The notes under the pieces were generated by a model that ran no database searches, was not told the DNA's origin, and was given only the letters and a program-made list of their open reading frames with translations. Of a stretch of 64,000 nt of DNA, positions 39,087 to 50,323 are shown piece by piece; positions within the stretch are counted from its first letter, which is position 1, and every line of letters starts with the position of its first letter. The stretch covers positions 71,262 through 135,261 of the forward strand of contig JAQBQZ010000007.1 of the NCBI GenBank assembly GCA_028286725.1, given 5' to 3'. Origin of the DNA: Candidatus Tayloriibacteriota bacterium (GTDB lineage Bacteria; Patescibacteriota; Minisyncoccia; Phycocordibacterales; CAIRYW01). The position numbers and the translations under genes are program-made.

Positions 39087-39563
39087 CTAATGAGCCTCTG
39101 GATCCGTGACACGAATATCGAGGATGAGCGGGAACATGCCGATGCATAGTTGTTGTTCCTCGGTTGTCGCCAAGGCATGTGCCCGCGTGATTGCATCAAG
39201 AGTTTCTTGTTTGTCCACAAATCCGAAAAGGGTATTTGGGTATTGAAGCAAAAGAGAAACTTTCTCGCCGCAAACTTCGTGTTCGAAAGACTTGTCTTGA
39301 CGATCCGATTTCCAGATATGGCGCAGGATTTTTTCCCGAGTTATTTGGGCCGGCTCGCCAATAACTGGCATTTCGCCAGGCGGAGCATCATTGATAAGCC
39401 CCCAAACTTTGCTGAGGAGCAAGGTCGCACCGGTTTCCCAGAGCAGGGCGAGCTCGTCTGCTTCTTTTGTGTTTTTGCGGAAGTGATTGATAATCATCCA
39501 AACAGTTCCGCTGAAAGTGATGGCTGCCAGGATCCAGCAGATGGTATTAGTGTCGAATTTCAT
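39087..39563 (-). CDS. Hypothetical membrane-anchored protein
   Basis: N-terminal TM helix; GC-elevated. Confidence 0.4.
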   Translation of the reverse strand: MKFDTNTICWILAAITFSGTVWMIINHFRKNTKEADELALLWETGATLLLSKVWGLINDAPPGEMPVIGEPAQITREKILRHIWKSDRQDKSFEHEVCGEKVSLLLQYPNTLFGFVDKQETLDAITRAHALATTEEQQLCIGMFPLILDIRVTDPEAH

Positions 39564-39682
39564 AATGATGTGGTCGAGGTTCGAGAGTTAAAGAGCTGAG
39601 AAACCCATAATGACATAAATTATCGGTTTTGTCTATTTATAAACTGTACTAAAAGAGGTGACTGGCCGTCACATTTAATATC

Positions 39683-40276
39683 ATGATGAATATGAAAAAA
39701 CTTGGCGGGGGATGGCAACACGAAGTCTTCGATATGGGAAACGGAAGGGTCTACAAGAAATTTAGATCTCCTTTGAATAGGTTTTTTCATATTTATTTTA
39801 ATTCCGAAGTTCCATTCTATAGAATAAATAAGGAATCCAAAAGAATGGTCCTTGAAGTGACTCGTTCCTTTGCAATCTTAAAGGAAAACAAAATATCGCC
39901 TGAACTTATTGGCAATCCAGAGCTTCTCCCGAATTTTGATTATATTCAAGACAAAGTGATCCCGCTCCAGAAAGTGTTGAATCAGTATGATACTCCAAAA
40001 GCAAAAGAAATTGTTGATGATTTTATCGTGCTTAACAAAAAGATGCTTCAGCTTGGATTTATTGATCTTAGCTTCAAGATTGCTGTCAATTTTGGACTGA
40101 CAATCGACGGAAGAATAATTCTCACTGATATCGGAGAAATCGTTACTGATCCACAAAGAATAATAAGGCAAAGAAAAGTCCGAGATTGGCATTCTGATTA
40201 TGTGAGCGATCAGATCAGAAACTTGGAAGTTAGAAGATACTATCAAGATCAGATGGATCTGCATTTTGGATTATAA
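39683..40276 (+). CDS. Hypothetical protein, possibly an atypical small kinase-like fold
   Basis: GGGWQHEVFDMGNGRVYKKF (Gly-rich loop followed by a Lys) and ILTDIGEI (DFG-like); weak. Confidence 0.3.
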   Translation: MMNMKKLGGGWQHEVFDMGNGRVYKKFRSPLNRFFHIYFNSEVPFYRINKESKRMVLEVTRSFAILKENKISPELIGNPELLPNFDYIQDKVIPLQKVLNQYDTPKAKEIVDDFIVLNKKMLQLGFIDLSFKIAVNFGLTIDGRIILTDIGEIVTDPQRIIRQRKVRDWHSDYVSDQIRNLEVRRYYQDQMDLHFGL

Positions 40277-40513
40277 ATTCAATATTAAAAAACTGCAGAG
40301 ACTTTTGTCTTGTGCAGTGTAGACTCATTTAAATAAATAGCGATTCCCGAGTGAGTAAATCGCTATGATGACGAGTATAGTCAACATCATTTCGAAATCA
40401 CTCATAATGGGTTTTGTTCTTTTAAAATATACAGGAGAATTAAGTGATATACAAGATATTAAAATGAGTGGAACCCTGTCGCCAAGGGGTTGGGCGACAG
40501 GGTTCCGGGCGGT

Positions 40514-40651
40514 TCACGGCTTGTGTTTGGTTCGGGTTACATTATCCTGGTAGTATAGGTCAATCGCTCGATTGAGTAACCAGGCAGATAGAATGAGACC
40601 TGTAGCTCCAATGAGAAGGAGGTCCCAGTTAGTTTGGATGTACTCGAACAT
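40514..40651 (-). CDS. Possible 45-aa membrane peptide followed by a strong terminator hairpin
   Basis: MFEYIQTNWDLLLIGATGLILSAWLLNRAIDLYYQD...; a 14-bp perfect hairpin ggaaccctgtcgcc/ggcgacagggttcc at 40476-40512 follows. Confidence 0.25.
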   Translation of the reverse strand: MFEYIQTNWDLLLIGATGLILSAWLLNRAIDLYYQDNVTRTKHKP

Positions 40652-40777
40652 AAATAACAGGGGCAGATTTTAATATAACACATATGACCGAGATACAAAC
40701 CTGTTCATAACTTTTTAGCCATTATTAAGCGCGATTAATTCATGATATAATTTTATAACTACAAATAACGCAATATT

Positions 40778-43021
40778 ATGATTCTCATAACCATTCTCTT
40801 GTTTCTTTTATTTATCCATCAAGGAGTAAGGCTTGGGCGACTGGAAGGTGAGGTGGCAAAATTGAAATCACAGCCTCATATTTTTACTCCTAGTGCTAAT
40901 CAGGTGGTTTCAAATCAAACTCCTGTTGCCACAGAATCTCAAAAACAAGAAATATATAGTGAGATTGCAAAAACAGATATTCCTGTCTACGCATCAGTTT
41001 CTTCTCCTGTAGACATCTCATCTCCTGTAATAGCAACTGAAAAAAAAGAAGCAGACAATACTGAATTCACATTTGGTACTCAGATTATTTCTGGTGTGGG
41101 TATTTTGGCAGTAGTTCTAGGAGTTGGATTTTTCTTGCGATATGCATTCGATACCGGACTTATTACGGTAGGTATGAGACTATTTTTGGGATTCTTGCTT
41201 GGACTATTGTCACTTGGAGCAGGTCATATACTCAGCAAAAAATTCGCAAGCTATGGATTTGGTCTCATAGGTCTCGCTCTTGCGTCTTGGTATGTTACAG
41301 CTTATGCAGCGTTCGCTTTCTATGGTGTGATAAGTGAACCTACTTCAATGTTACTTTCCGTCATTATTACTGCAATAGGTATTTGTTTGTCTATCGCATA
41401 CAACTCCGAATCATTGATTAGATTCTCGCTTTTGGGTGGCTATATTGTTCCATTTATATTCACAGGGGTTGATTCAATACACTTTAAGTTTGTATATCTC
41501 ATCATTCTTAATCTTTCAGTGCTCATTATTGCAAGATTTAAAACATGGCCAAAGCTCACCATGTTTGGTCTCGTGTTTACATTCTTTATCTCTCTCATGT
41601 TGTCATCAACAGAAGCGGCAAAAATGATCACACCTCAAGCATTTGTCTATCTTACAATTTTGTTCTTGATCTATCTTGTTTCAAGTGTCAAAAATGTTTT
41701 GTATAACAATGAAGATCATCAAAGTGTTAATGCGCTGTTATCATATGGAATACCTGTTTTTTACTTCTTGTGTGGAATGCCTTTGCTCACCAACAAGGAT
41801 GAATATACATTGCTTTCACTTTTTATTGGTATATTCTACGTAATATTTTCAATCATTTTTCGCGTTTTGTTTAATAAATTTAAAGATTTTGAAATAATTA
41901 GTAATGTTCTGGCGACTATCGGAAGTATGTTTTTATTGCTTGCAACCGCGCTGCATTTTGAAGGTCGAACACTCGACATGTTCTTGATTACAGAAGCTAT
42001 TATTCTTGTGGTAATCGGTAGTTTGATGAAATCAATTGGACACAGAATTATTGGGATACTACTTGCAGGATTTATGGCTCTAAAGGTTTTTTCAAACAAT
42101 TATGTATTCTCTGACAATGCTGTCGCACTATTTAATGAAAGAGCGCTTGAGTTTGGATATATCACAATTGCGTATGCCATTATCTGGTATGTTTATAAAT
42201 TCTTTGAATCGAGAGATCTTTTTGAAGAGAAGGGTTTTGGTGGGATAGTATCATCAGTTGGATTATTCTTTATTCCATTTATCTGGGTTAATCTTGAGGT
42301 GTTCAAATTTGGACCAGTAAATTTCTCTAATTCTCTACCTATACTGTGGTCTTTATACGCACTATTGTTTATTACAGCATCTTTCTTGTGCAAAGAATTT
42401 TTGTTTCGTGTTCTTTCTTATGCTGTACTCGCCGGCTCTGTACTGGTAATGGTTGTGGCGATGTGGTCATTAGCGAGTAGCGATTACACGCCAATATTTA
42501 ATATTAGATTGTTATCAGTACTTGTCATACTTACTGTTTTGACTCTAGTTTTGGCTATGATTCGTTCATATAAAAATGATTTGACCGAGGATGAATTGCA
42601 AATTTCAAAACCATTTTATTTTATTATAAACGGAATATTATTGTGGGGGCTTAGTCTCGAGGTTGTTGATTATTACAATTACCAAATTGCATCCTCTGCA
42701 GGAAATGCTGATGAATCTAAGTCACTCGAAAATACCAAAAGAGTTGGGCTATCGATTTTGTGGCTCGTATATGCCTCTGTATCAATTGCATATGGAATAA
42801 TAAAGAGAAATCCAATCATAAGGCAGGCATCTATTGTTTTGCTTGCCGTCACTGTGTTCAAAATATTCCTTTACGATACAACAAATCTTGATGATATATA
42901 TAGATTTATATCGTTCATTACACTTGGTGTTATTTTGCTTTTGGTTGGATTTGCGTACAATAGATTCAAAAGTAGAATTATTGAATTTGTTGGAGTGGAG
43001 AGTGCTAATAAATTAGATTAA
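40778..43021 (+). CDS. DUF2339-like polytopic membrane protein
   Basis: N-terminal RLGRLEGEVAKLK helix followed by more than 15 predicted TM segments; 747 aa. Confidence 0.45.
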   Translation: MILITILLFLLFIHQGVRLGRLEGEVAKLKSQPHIFTPSANQVVSNQTPVATESQKQEIYSEIAKTDIPVYASVSSPVDISSPVIATEKKEADNTEFTFGTQIISGVGILAVVLGVGFFLRYAFDTGLITVGMRLFLGFLLGLLSLGAGHILSKKFASYGFGLIGLALASWYVTAYAAFAFYGVISEPTSMLLSVIITAIGICLSIAYNSESLIRFSLLGGYIVPFIFTGVDSIHFKFVYLIILNLSVLIIARFKTWPKLTMFGLVFTFFISLMLSSTEAAKMITPQAFVYLTILFLIYLVSSVKNVLYNNEDHQSVNALLSYGIPVFYFLCGMPLLTNKDEYTLLSLFIGIFYVIFSIIFRVLFNKFKDFEIISNVLATIGSMFLLLATALHFEGRTLDMFLITEAIILVVIGSLMKSIGHRIIGILLAGFMALKVFSNNYVFSDNAVALFNERALEFGYITIAYAIIWYVYKFFESRDLFEEKGFGGIVSSVGLFFIPFIWVNLEVFKFGPVNFSNSLPILWSLYALLFITASFLCKEFLFRVLSYAVLAGSVLVMVVAMWSLASSDYTPIFNIRLLSVLVILTVLTLVLAMIRSYKNDLTEDELQISKPFYFIINGILLWGLSLEVVDYYNYQIASSAGNADESKSLENTKRVGLSILWLVYASVSIAYGIIKRNPIIRQASIVLLAVTVFKIFLYDTTNLDDIYRFISFITLGVILLLVGFAYNRFKSRIIEFVGVESANKLD

Positions 43022-43037
43022 TTAAATTCATATTATT

Positions 43038-43436
43038 ATGGGAAGTAAAACTTGGAAAACTATTGGTATTATTTTTGTAGTGTATGTCATCATTTGGCTC
43101 TGGCCAGTGGTATTCCATCGTCCATTTTTTAATAGTGATAACCAAGTAATTCCCGTAGATATTTCTCCTCGACCGCCTATGACTGGTTCTGGTGATGCTG
43201 ATTTCAAAGCTTATTCTTTACCTGAAGGTGCTGACACAGTACCACCGCCACTTTCAGTTCCGGCCCCAACTCCTTATAACCCAAGTAGTCCCGATCCTGT
43301 AGCGCCACCTCATTCGGCCGACGAACCAGGTAATCAAATGGTGGTATGTACTATGGAAGCAAAACAATGTCCTGATGGATCATATGTTGGACGACAAGGA
43401 CCAAAGTGTGAATTCGCACCTTGTCCTGGAAATTAA
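43038..43436 (+). CDS. Membrane-anchored Pro-rich protein with C-terminal Cys motif
   Basis: TM helix, Pro-rich linker, C-terminal CTMEAKQCPDGSYVGRQGPKCEFAPCP. Confidence 0.4.
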   Translation: MGSKTWKTIGIIFVVYVIIWLWPVVFHRPFFNSDNQVIPVDISPRPPMTGSGDADFKAYSLPEGADTVPPPLSVPAPTPYNPSSPDPVAPPHSADEPGNQMVVCTMEAKQCPDGSYVGRQGPKCEFAPCPGN

Positions 43437-43449
43437 ATTTTAAATTCAC

Positions 43450-43866
43450 GTGTCACTTAACAAAAAAATCTTCAAAGCATACGATGTTCGTGGAATATAT
43501 CCCGCGGATGTAAATACTGAATCTATAACAGTGATCGCTCATTCGCTCGCGACACTTCTTCCGTCTGGAAGTATTGTTGTGGCGCGGGATGGGCGACATG
43601 GGGGTGAAGAGCTTGCTGGTGTTGTTGAGAAAGAGATTGTAAGTTTTGGAGAGGCTCTCGGCAAGAAATTTGAGATTATTTCTGTGGGACTTTCGACGAC
43701 TCCTATGTTTTATTTCCTCGTCAATCACTTTAATGCATCAGGTGGTGCAATGATCACAGCATCTCACAATCCAAAAGAATACAGCGGTGTCAAAGCAGTC
43801 AAAGAAAAAGCGCTGCCTTTCAGTGGTATAGAATTACTTAAAACAATAGAAGAACATGGAATATAA
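43450..43866 (+). CDS. Phosphoglucomutase/phosphomannomutase, domain I only (active-site Ser)
   Basis: KAYDVRGIYP...GGAMITASHNPKEYSG; ends at a stop at the domain I/II boundary. Confidence 0.7.
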   Translation: MSLNKKIFKAYDVRGIYPADVNTESITVIAHSLATLLPSGSIVVARDGRHGGEELAGVVEKEIVSFGEALGKKFEIISVGLSTTPMFYFLVNHFNASGGAMITASHNPKEYSGVKAVKEKALPFSGIELLKTIEEHGI

Positions 43867-44737
43867 AAATATTTACATAGATTTTTTGAAAGAGAAGATA
43901 AAAGTTGGCAAGCCATTGACTGTTGTATTTGATGCGTCAAATGGTCCTGCGGGAATGATCATCAAAGATCTGTTTGTTGATACCAGTGTGAATGCAATTG
44001 TGATCAATGATGAAATCGATCCTGATTTTAAAGCTCATGGACCAAATCCGCTCCTTCCAGGTGCAAGCGATCAGTGTAAAAAAATGATACTCGAAAACAG
44101 CGCCGATCTCGGTGTGATGTTTGATGCTGATGCAGATCGAGCATTCTTTTTGGATGACAAAGGTGAAATGATACCTGCTTGTTTTGTAGTCGGACTTTTG
44201 AAGAGTGAATTTAATCCTCCGTATATCCTCGATGAACTTGTATATCAATCTGTGAGACTCCTGAAGCTCGTAGAAGAGGATCAAATGGTTCCGTCGAGAA
44301 TTGGTGCATATTTCATCAAAGAAACGCTCAGAGGCCAAAATGCGGACTTTGGAGCAGAATATTCTGGACATTATTACTTCAAAGAATTCTTTAATGCTGA
44401 TTCGGGGATATTTGCAGCTATTACTTTTTTGAATTCTGTTTCAAAGATGACAAAGTCACTTTCAGAATGGCAAAAAGAGTTTGAGGAGCATATTGTGACG
44501 ACAAAAGAAATCAAAACAGAAGGGAAGGATATGTCTGTGATTTATAGAGAAGTAGAAAAATTTTTGAGTGACAAGGCGAAGGGTTTAGATAGGCGAGATG
44601 GACTCACATTTATTTTTGATGATTTTTGGATGAATGTTCGATCATCAAATACTGAACCAATACTTCGAATTGTTGCAGGTGGAAAAGGGATGGAGGAAAC
44701 TACAAAAGAGATCGAACAGTTAATCACTGGACTATAA
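43856..44737 (+). CDS. Phosphoglucomutase/phosphomannomutase, domains II-IV
   Basis: FDASNGPAG, FDADADRAFF (metal-binding loop), EYSGHYYF, C-terminal domain; overlaps the domain-I ORF by 11 nt in the +1 frame. Confidence 0.7.
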   Translation: MEYKNIYIDFLKEKIKVGKPLTVVFDASNGPAGMIIKDLFVDTSVNAIVINDEIDPDFKAHGPNPLLPGASDQCKKMILENSADLGVMFDADADRAFFLDDKGEMIPACFVVGLLKSEFNPPYILDELVYQSVRLLKLVEEDQMVPSRIGAYFIKETLRGQNADFGAEYSGHYYFKEFFNADSGIFAAITFLNSVSKMTKSLSEWQKEFEEHIVTTKEIKTEGKDMSVIYREVEKFLSDKAKGLDRRDGLTFIFDDFWMNVRSSNTEPILRIVAGGKGMEETTKEIEQLITGL

Positions 44738-45291
44738 TGAAAGAAATAATTGAAACAATTAAATCAGGAGGAATAGGTGTAATACCAACAGACACGATGT
44801 ATGGAATCATTGGCGGTGCAATGAATAAAAAAACTGTAGAGCGAATCTATCTTGTTCGAAAAAGAACTCCTTCAAAACCACTTATTATTCTCATTTCTGA
44901 TATAAAGGATTTAGAAATTTTTAATATAAAAATTGATACAGAGCTAGAAAAGAAACTGAAAAAACTCTGGCCAAACAAAGTGAGTGTTATATTGCCGTGT
45001 CAGCAAAAAAAGTTTGAATACCTGCACAGAGGTACAAACAAGCTCGCGTTTCGACTGCCAAAAGACAAGAAGCTTCGAGAGTTTATTTCTATGACGGGAC
45101 CTATCGTTGCTCCGAGTGCAAATACTGAAGGGGACAAACCGTCAAAAAACATCAAGCAAGCGCAAAAATATTTTGGAGAGAGTGTAGACTTTTATTTAGA
45201 TAAAGGCGATCTGCCTATTGTACCTTCGACTATCGTTGAATTTGAAAATGATGTGTTGAAGATTCTTCGAAATGGTGCTGTCAAAATCTAA
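44737..45291 (+). CDS. tsaC: L-threonylcarbamoyladenylate synthase (YrdC/TsaC/Sua5 family)
   Basis: GGIGVIPTDTMYGI...KPLIILISD YrdC-domain motifs; 184 aa. Confidence 0.7.
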   Translation: MKEIIETIKSGGIGVIPTDTMYGIIGGAMNKKTVERIYLVRKRTPSKPLIILISDIKDLEIFNIKIDTELEKKLKKLWPNKVSVILPCQQKKFEYLHRGTNKLAFRLPKDKKLREFISMTGPIVAPSANTEGDKPSKNIKQAQKYFGESVDFYLDKGDLPIVPSTIVEFENDVLKILRNGAVKI

Positions 45292-45351
45292 AAAAGTAGC
45301 AAAAATAAAGGTTTTTTGGTATAGTATTCTGAACAATAATTTTAAATTTCA

Positions 45352-46059
45352 ATGAAAAAACCTGTAAAAAAAGAGACAAAAAATGAGGTAATCGTGGTAT
45401 CAGTGGGAGGATCTCTTATTGTGCCAGAGGAGATTGAAATTAATTTCCTTTCTGCTTTGAAGGATCTTATTATCAGAGAAACGAAGAAGGGTAAAAGATT
45501 CATAATAATTACAGGTGGTGGGAAGGTTGCTCGTCAATATCAGCATGCTGCTAATTTGCTAGGAAGTTCAGAGACAGACGCAGACTGGATTGGGATTGCT
45601 TCAACTCGCCTTAATGGGGAATTGGTGCGATCGATCTTTGGTAAAATGGCGTACGACAAAGTGATTGATTCTGTCGCAGCTTTGCCTACAAAAAGTAAGC
45701 AGCCTGTAGTGATTGCTTGTGGTATTAGTCCTAAAGGATCGTCTGATAAGGCAGCAGTTTTCTTTGCAAAAAAGGCTAAAGCAAAAAAGATCATTAATCT
45801 TTCAAATATTGATTATGTCTATACTGCAGACCCAAAGCTTGATCCAACTGCAACAAAGATTGAAAGAACTACATGGAAAGAATTCAGAAAGATCATCCCA
45901 AAGAAATGGACTCCGGGAATGTCAGCACCATTTGACCCAATTGCTTCAAAAGAGGCTGAAAGTATTGGCATTGAGGTGGCGATCATAAATGGAAAGAAAC
46001 TAGGGGAGCTTGATAACTATTTGGCAGGTAAGGAATTTGTGGGAAGTTTGATAAAATAA
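45352..46059 (+). CDS. pyrH: UMP kinase (amino-acid-kinase fold, archaeal-type short form)
   Basis: VVSVGGSLI, ITGGGKVARQY, ACGISPKGSSDKAAVFFA, TADPKLDP motifs; 235 aa. Confidence 0.6.
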   Translation: MKKPVKKETKNEVIVVSVGGSLIVPEEIEINFLSALKDLIIRETKKGKRFIIITGGGKVARQYQHAANLLGSSETDADWIGIASTRLNGELVRSIFGKMAYDKVIDSVAALPTKSKQPVVIACGISPKGSSDKAAVFFAKKAKAKKIINLSNIDYVYTADPKLDPTATKIERTTWKEFRKIIPKKWTPGMSAPFDPIASKEAESIGIEVAIINGKKLGELDNYLAGKEFVGSLIK

Positions 46060-46063
46060 AATT

Positions 46064-46351
46064 ATGATTTTAAATCCTAACCAATCTGAAGGTTTGAGAG
46101 ATATGGAAGGTCACATTGAATTACCGCTGGAGCCAGATTGGGATGATTTGTATGAGAAAGTTCTTCTTGATGCAGATCTAATACAAATGTGGGGTGATCT
46201 CAAGAATATGTATGCTCCAATACTCATGCAAAAAACCTTATGTGATGATATGGGTTGGGATGAGCAATCGAAAGTGGACTTTAACGAATACAAAACAAAA
46301 TTTGAATTAAAGTATAAAGAATTTCTATCAAGGTTAGATCAGATCGGATAA
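46064..46351 (+). CDS. Hypothetical protein
   Basis: 95-aa ORF. Confidence 0.35.
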   Translation: MILNPNQSEGLRDMEGHIELPLEPDWDDLYEKVLLDADLIQMWGDLKNMYAPILMQKTLCDDMGWDEQSKVDFNEYKTKFELKYKEFLSRLDQIG

Positions 46352-46354
46352 TAA

Positions 46355-46383
46355 CAAAACAGCGCCATGGCGCTGTTTTGTTT
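46355..46383 (+). terminator. Rho-independent terminator
   Basis: aaaacagcgccatggcgctgttttg. Confidence 0.75.
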
Positions 46384-46392
46384 AAGTAAGTT

Positions 46393-47148
46393 TTGATACA
46401 ATACTTCCATATGGAAAACACAAAAAAGAATCAACTTATTATCCCTTCAGTTATTATTGGACTCGCGATTGTTATAACAAGTATTGTCTTAAATTACAGT
46501 GCGAGTTTATTTGCTAACAAAAACGATACAATCGCAGTCACTGGTACTGCAGAGCGTGTTGTTGATAGTGATACTGCGAAGTGGCAGATCACCGTCAATA
46601 TTCAGTCCAAAACTATTGAGGCGGGGACTCCACAAGTCAATTCTGCAGTTCAAAAAATTGAACAATATCTAACGTCACATAACATTAACCCATCTCAAGT
46701 AATCTTGGGAACGCTTAGTAATATTCAGCATTGTGTACTTTCTTCACAAGGATATGAGAATTGTTCACTCGGTATCTCAAGCTATACGCTAAACCAGACG
46801 ATTACAGTAGAGAGTGATGATGTAAAGAATATCGATCTTCTGTCAAAAGATATTACAACAAATCTTTCAAGTATTGATTACACCCAGAATGTTGAATACT
46901 ACTACAATAATCTGAAGAATATCCGTGCAGATATGCTAAGTGAGGCGACTAAGAATGCTCTCGATCGAGCTCAGAATGTAGCTGAAGCTGGTGGAGCGAA
47001 GATAGGCAAGATCACTTCGCTTTCATCTGGAGTATTTCAGGTGACAGCGGAAAACAGTGTGAACTATGATGACAGTGGATCATACGATACTTCAATCATT
47101 AAAAAGAAAATTACAGCAACAGTTAAGGCGAATTTTAGTGTAAGATAA
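46393..47148 (+). CDS. SIMPL-domain (DUF541) protein
   Basis: TM anchor then TIAVTGTAERVVDSDTAKWQITVN...; size and C-terminal pattern typical of SIMPL. Confidence 0.5.
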   Translation: MIQYFHMENTKKNQLIIPSVIIGLAIVITSIVLNYSASLFANKNDTIAVTGTAERVVDSDTAKWQITVNIQSKTIEAGTPQVNSAVQKIEQYLTSHNINPSQVILGTLSNIQHCVLSSQGYENCSLGISSYTLNQTITVESDDVKNIDLLSKDITTNLSSIDYTQNVEYYYNNLKNIRADMLSEATKNALDRAQNVAEAGGAKIGKITSLSSGVFQVTAENSVNYDDSGSYDTSIIKKKITATVKANFSVR

Positions 47149-47159
47149 TTATTTAAATT

Positions 47160-47194
47160 AAAACAGCACCGAGGCAAAGCCTCGGTGCTGTTTT
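47160..47194. terminator. Bidirectional rho-independent terminator between convergent genes
   Basis: aaaacagcaccgaggc-aaa-gcctcggtgctgtttt. Confidence 0.8.
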
Positions 47195-47204
47195 AATTTT
47201 GAAT

Positions 47205-47426
47205 TTAATTTATCAAAACCACCACCTTATTATTCCCAATCTCTGCAAAACCTCCATTAATCACCACAGTCTGATCTTTGAATTTGACCTCTCCAGCTTT
47301 GAGAGTGGTGATGAGTGGTATATGGTGCTCGAGCACTGTGATCTCTCCACCTGTTGCAGGTAGAGTTACTTGAGGCACTGTCCCTTCATATTTTGTTCCT
47401 TCGAGTGAATAAATTTTTAGTTCCAT
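47205..47426 (-). CDS. atpC: F1 ATP synthase epsilon subunit (short form, beta-sandwich only)
   Basis: 73 aa; VTLPATGGEITVLEHHIPLITTLKAGEV; last gene of the atp operon. Confidence 0.7.
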   Translation of the reverse strand: MELKIYSLEGTKYEGTVPQVTLPATGGEITVLEHHIPLITTLKAGEVKFKDQTVVINGGFAEIGNNKVVVLIN

Positions 47427-47431
47427 ATAAT

Positions 47432-47911
47432 TTATGATAATTGTGTATCTTTACAACGCTTTTGTAAAGAAAATAATAGACCGTTACTCCATAAAACAAA
47501 AGGATTGGTGCCTTTTTTTGTTACAAAAGTAGGGAGGATAATTATCTCACTATTTTTTAAGTATAGTAGAAAAATAGGCTCAAAACTCATACTTATCATA
47601 CTCTGTGCAAAAAAAGGTCTCTTTATCTTTTCAACATCACTCCATCTGATTTCTCTTTTTTGTTTCCCTTTTGTGATGATTATGGAATTATCAGAAACTT
47701 CAATATGTTTTCTAGGGTAAAATATTGTCCAAATAAGTGCTAATCCCCCTATTAACAGTAATATCCAAGGAAATTTAGTGGTTAGAGTATACATTAAATC
47801 CCCAGGATATTTTGGAGTTGGAGACAGAAACCCTCTTGTAAAAAATCCACTTACAATAATAAGAATTGATAAAAACAATAAGTAAATTCTATTTTCGTAA
47901 TATTTTTCCAT
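47432..47911 (-). CDS. Hypothetical membrane protein inserted between atpD and atpC
   Basis: 159 aa, 2 N-terminal TM helices; tightly packed (5-nt gaps) inside the atp operon. Confidence 0.5.
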   Translation of the reverse strand: MEKYYENRIYLLFLSILIIVSGFFTRGFLSPTPKYPGDLMYTLTTKFPWILLLIGGLALIWTIFYPRKHIEVSDNSIIITKGKQKREIRWSDVEKIKRPFFAQSMISMSFEPIFLLYLKNSEIIILPTFVTKKGTNPFVLWSNGLLFSLQKRCKDTQLS

Positions 47912-47916
47912 ATATT

Positions 47917-49323
<1,407 letters not shown>

Positions 49324-49345
49324 TTATTTATAATTTTTTATTAAT

Positions 49346-50278
49346 TTATTCGTTTGATGCTTCCAATGCGTTCTTGCCTGATGTGATCTCGATAAGTTCC
49401 TTTGTGATCTGTGCTTGTCTTTCTTTGTTGTATTTGATCGTAAGACTGCTTATCATATCTTTCGCATTTTCGGAGGCATTCTTCATTGCCAGCATTCTGG
49501 CCGAATGCTCCGAAGCATTGGCTTCGAGGATGCTGTGATAGACCTCGAGTTCCACAAGCTTTGGTACAAGCTCGTGAATAATCTCTTCAGGACTTGATTC
49601 GAAAGAGTAGAGAGCATCATCTTTGAAGCTTGCTTTAAGTTCTGAATACTTTCCAGATTCAGGGATAATGTTCGCTACTACTTGTTCGAGAGTTTCTTTG
49701 TGAAGAGGGAGAAGAGGTCGTACAACAACTTCCTGCTTCAAAGCAGAGATAAAGTTTGTGTAAACGATATCGATTTTTGAATATTTCTTTTCAATAAAAA
49801 GATTGATGACAAAGTCTGAGATTTCTTTTGCTTCTGCAAGTGTTCCAAGATCTCCGACACCTTCAAATCCTTTTGCGATTGTGAGTCCTTTTCGCGCAAA
49901 ATAATCACGGCCTTTTTTACCGACTGCAACAATGTCTACTTTTTGATTTGAACTTGCAATAAGTTTTTCTGACTTTTTGATGACGTTTGAGTTGAATGCG
50001 CCTGCAAGACCTTTGTCAGAACTGATAACAACGAGGCATTCTGATTTTGAGTTAATTTTTGAATCAAAAAGGGGAGAAAGATTTTTGATATCTGTCTCTG
50101 TATTCTTCTCGATCTTTTTCAAAATGTTTAAAGCATAAAGCGCGTAGAGCCGGCCACTTATTGCAATAGCCTCACTCTTTCGCATTTTGACAGCAGAAAC
50201 AGCCTGCATCGCTTTTGTAATCTGCTGGATGTTTTTTGTAGACTTTATTCTGCTTTTGATTGCTCTTGCTCCAGCCAT
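49346..50278 (-). CDS. atpG: F1 ATP synthase gamma subunit
   Basis: N-terminal IKSRIKSTKNIQQITKAMQ and C-terminal helix. Confidence 0.8.
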   Translation of the reverse strand: MAGARAIKSRIKSTKNIQQITKAMQAVSAVKMRKSEAIAISGRLYALYALNILKKIEKNTETDIKNLSPLFDSKINSKSECLVVISSDKGLAGAFNSNVIKKSEKLIASSNQKVDIVAVGKKGRDYFARKGLTIAKGFEGVGDLGTLAEAKEISDFVINLFIEKKYSKIDIVYTNFISALKQEVVVRPLLPLHKETLEQVVANIIPESGKYSELKASFKDDALYSFESSPEEIIHELVPKLVELEVYHSILEANASEHSARMLAMKNASENAKDMISSLTIKYNKERQAQITKELIEITSGKNALEASNE

Positions 50279-50323
50279 AGTGATTAAATTTTAAGATTTA
50301 AATATTTACGAATAAATACAAAA

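Noticed and set aside
40365-40553. 62-aa plus-strand ORF
   Set aside because: It reads straight through the 14-bp perfect hairpin at 40476-40512. A minus-strand 45-aa membrane peptide followed by that hairpin as its terminator explains the region better, still with low confidence.
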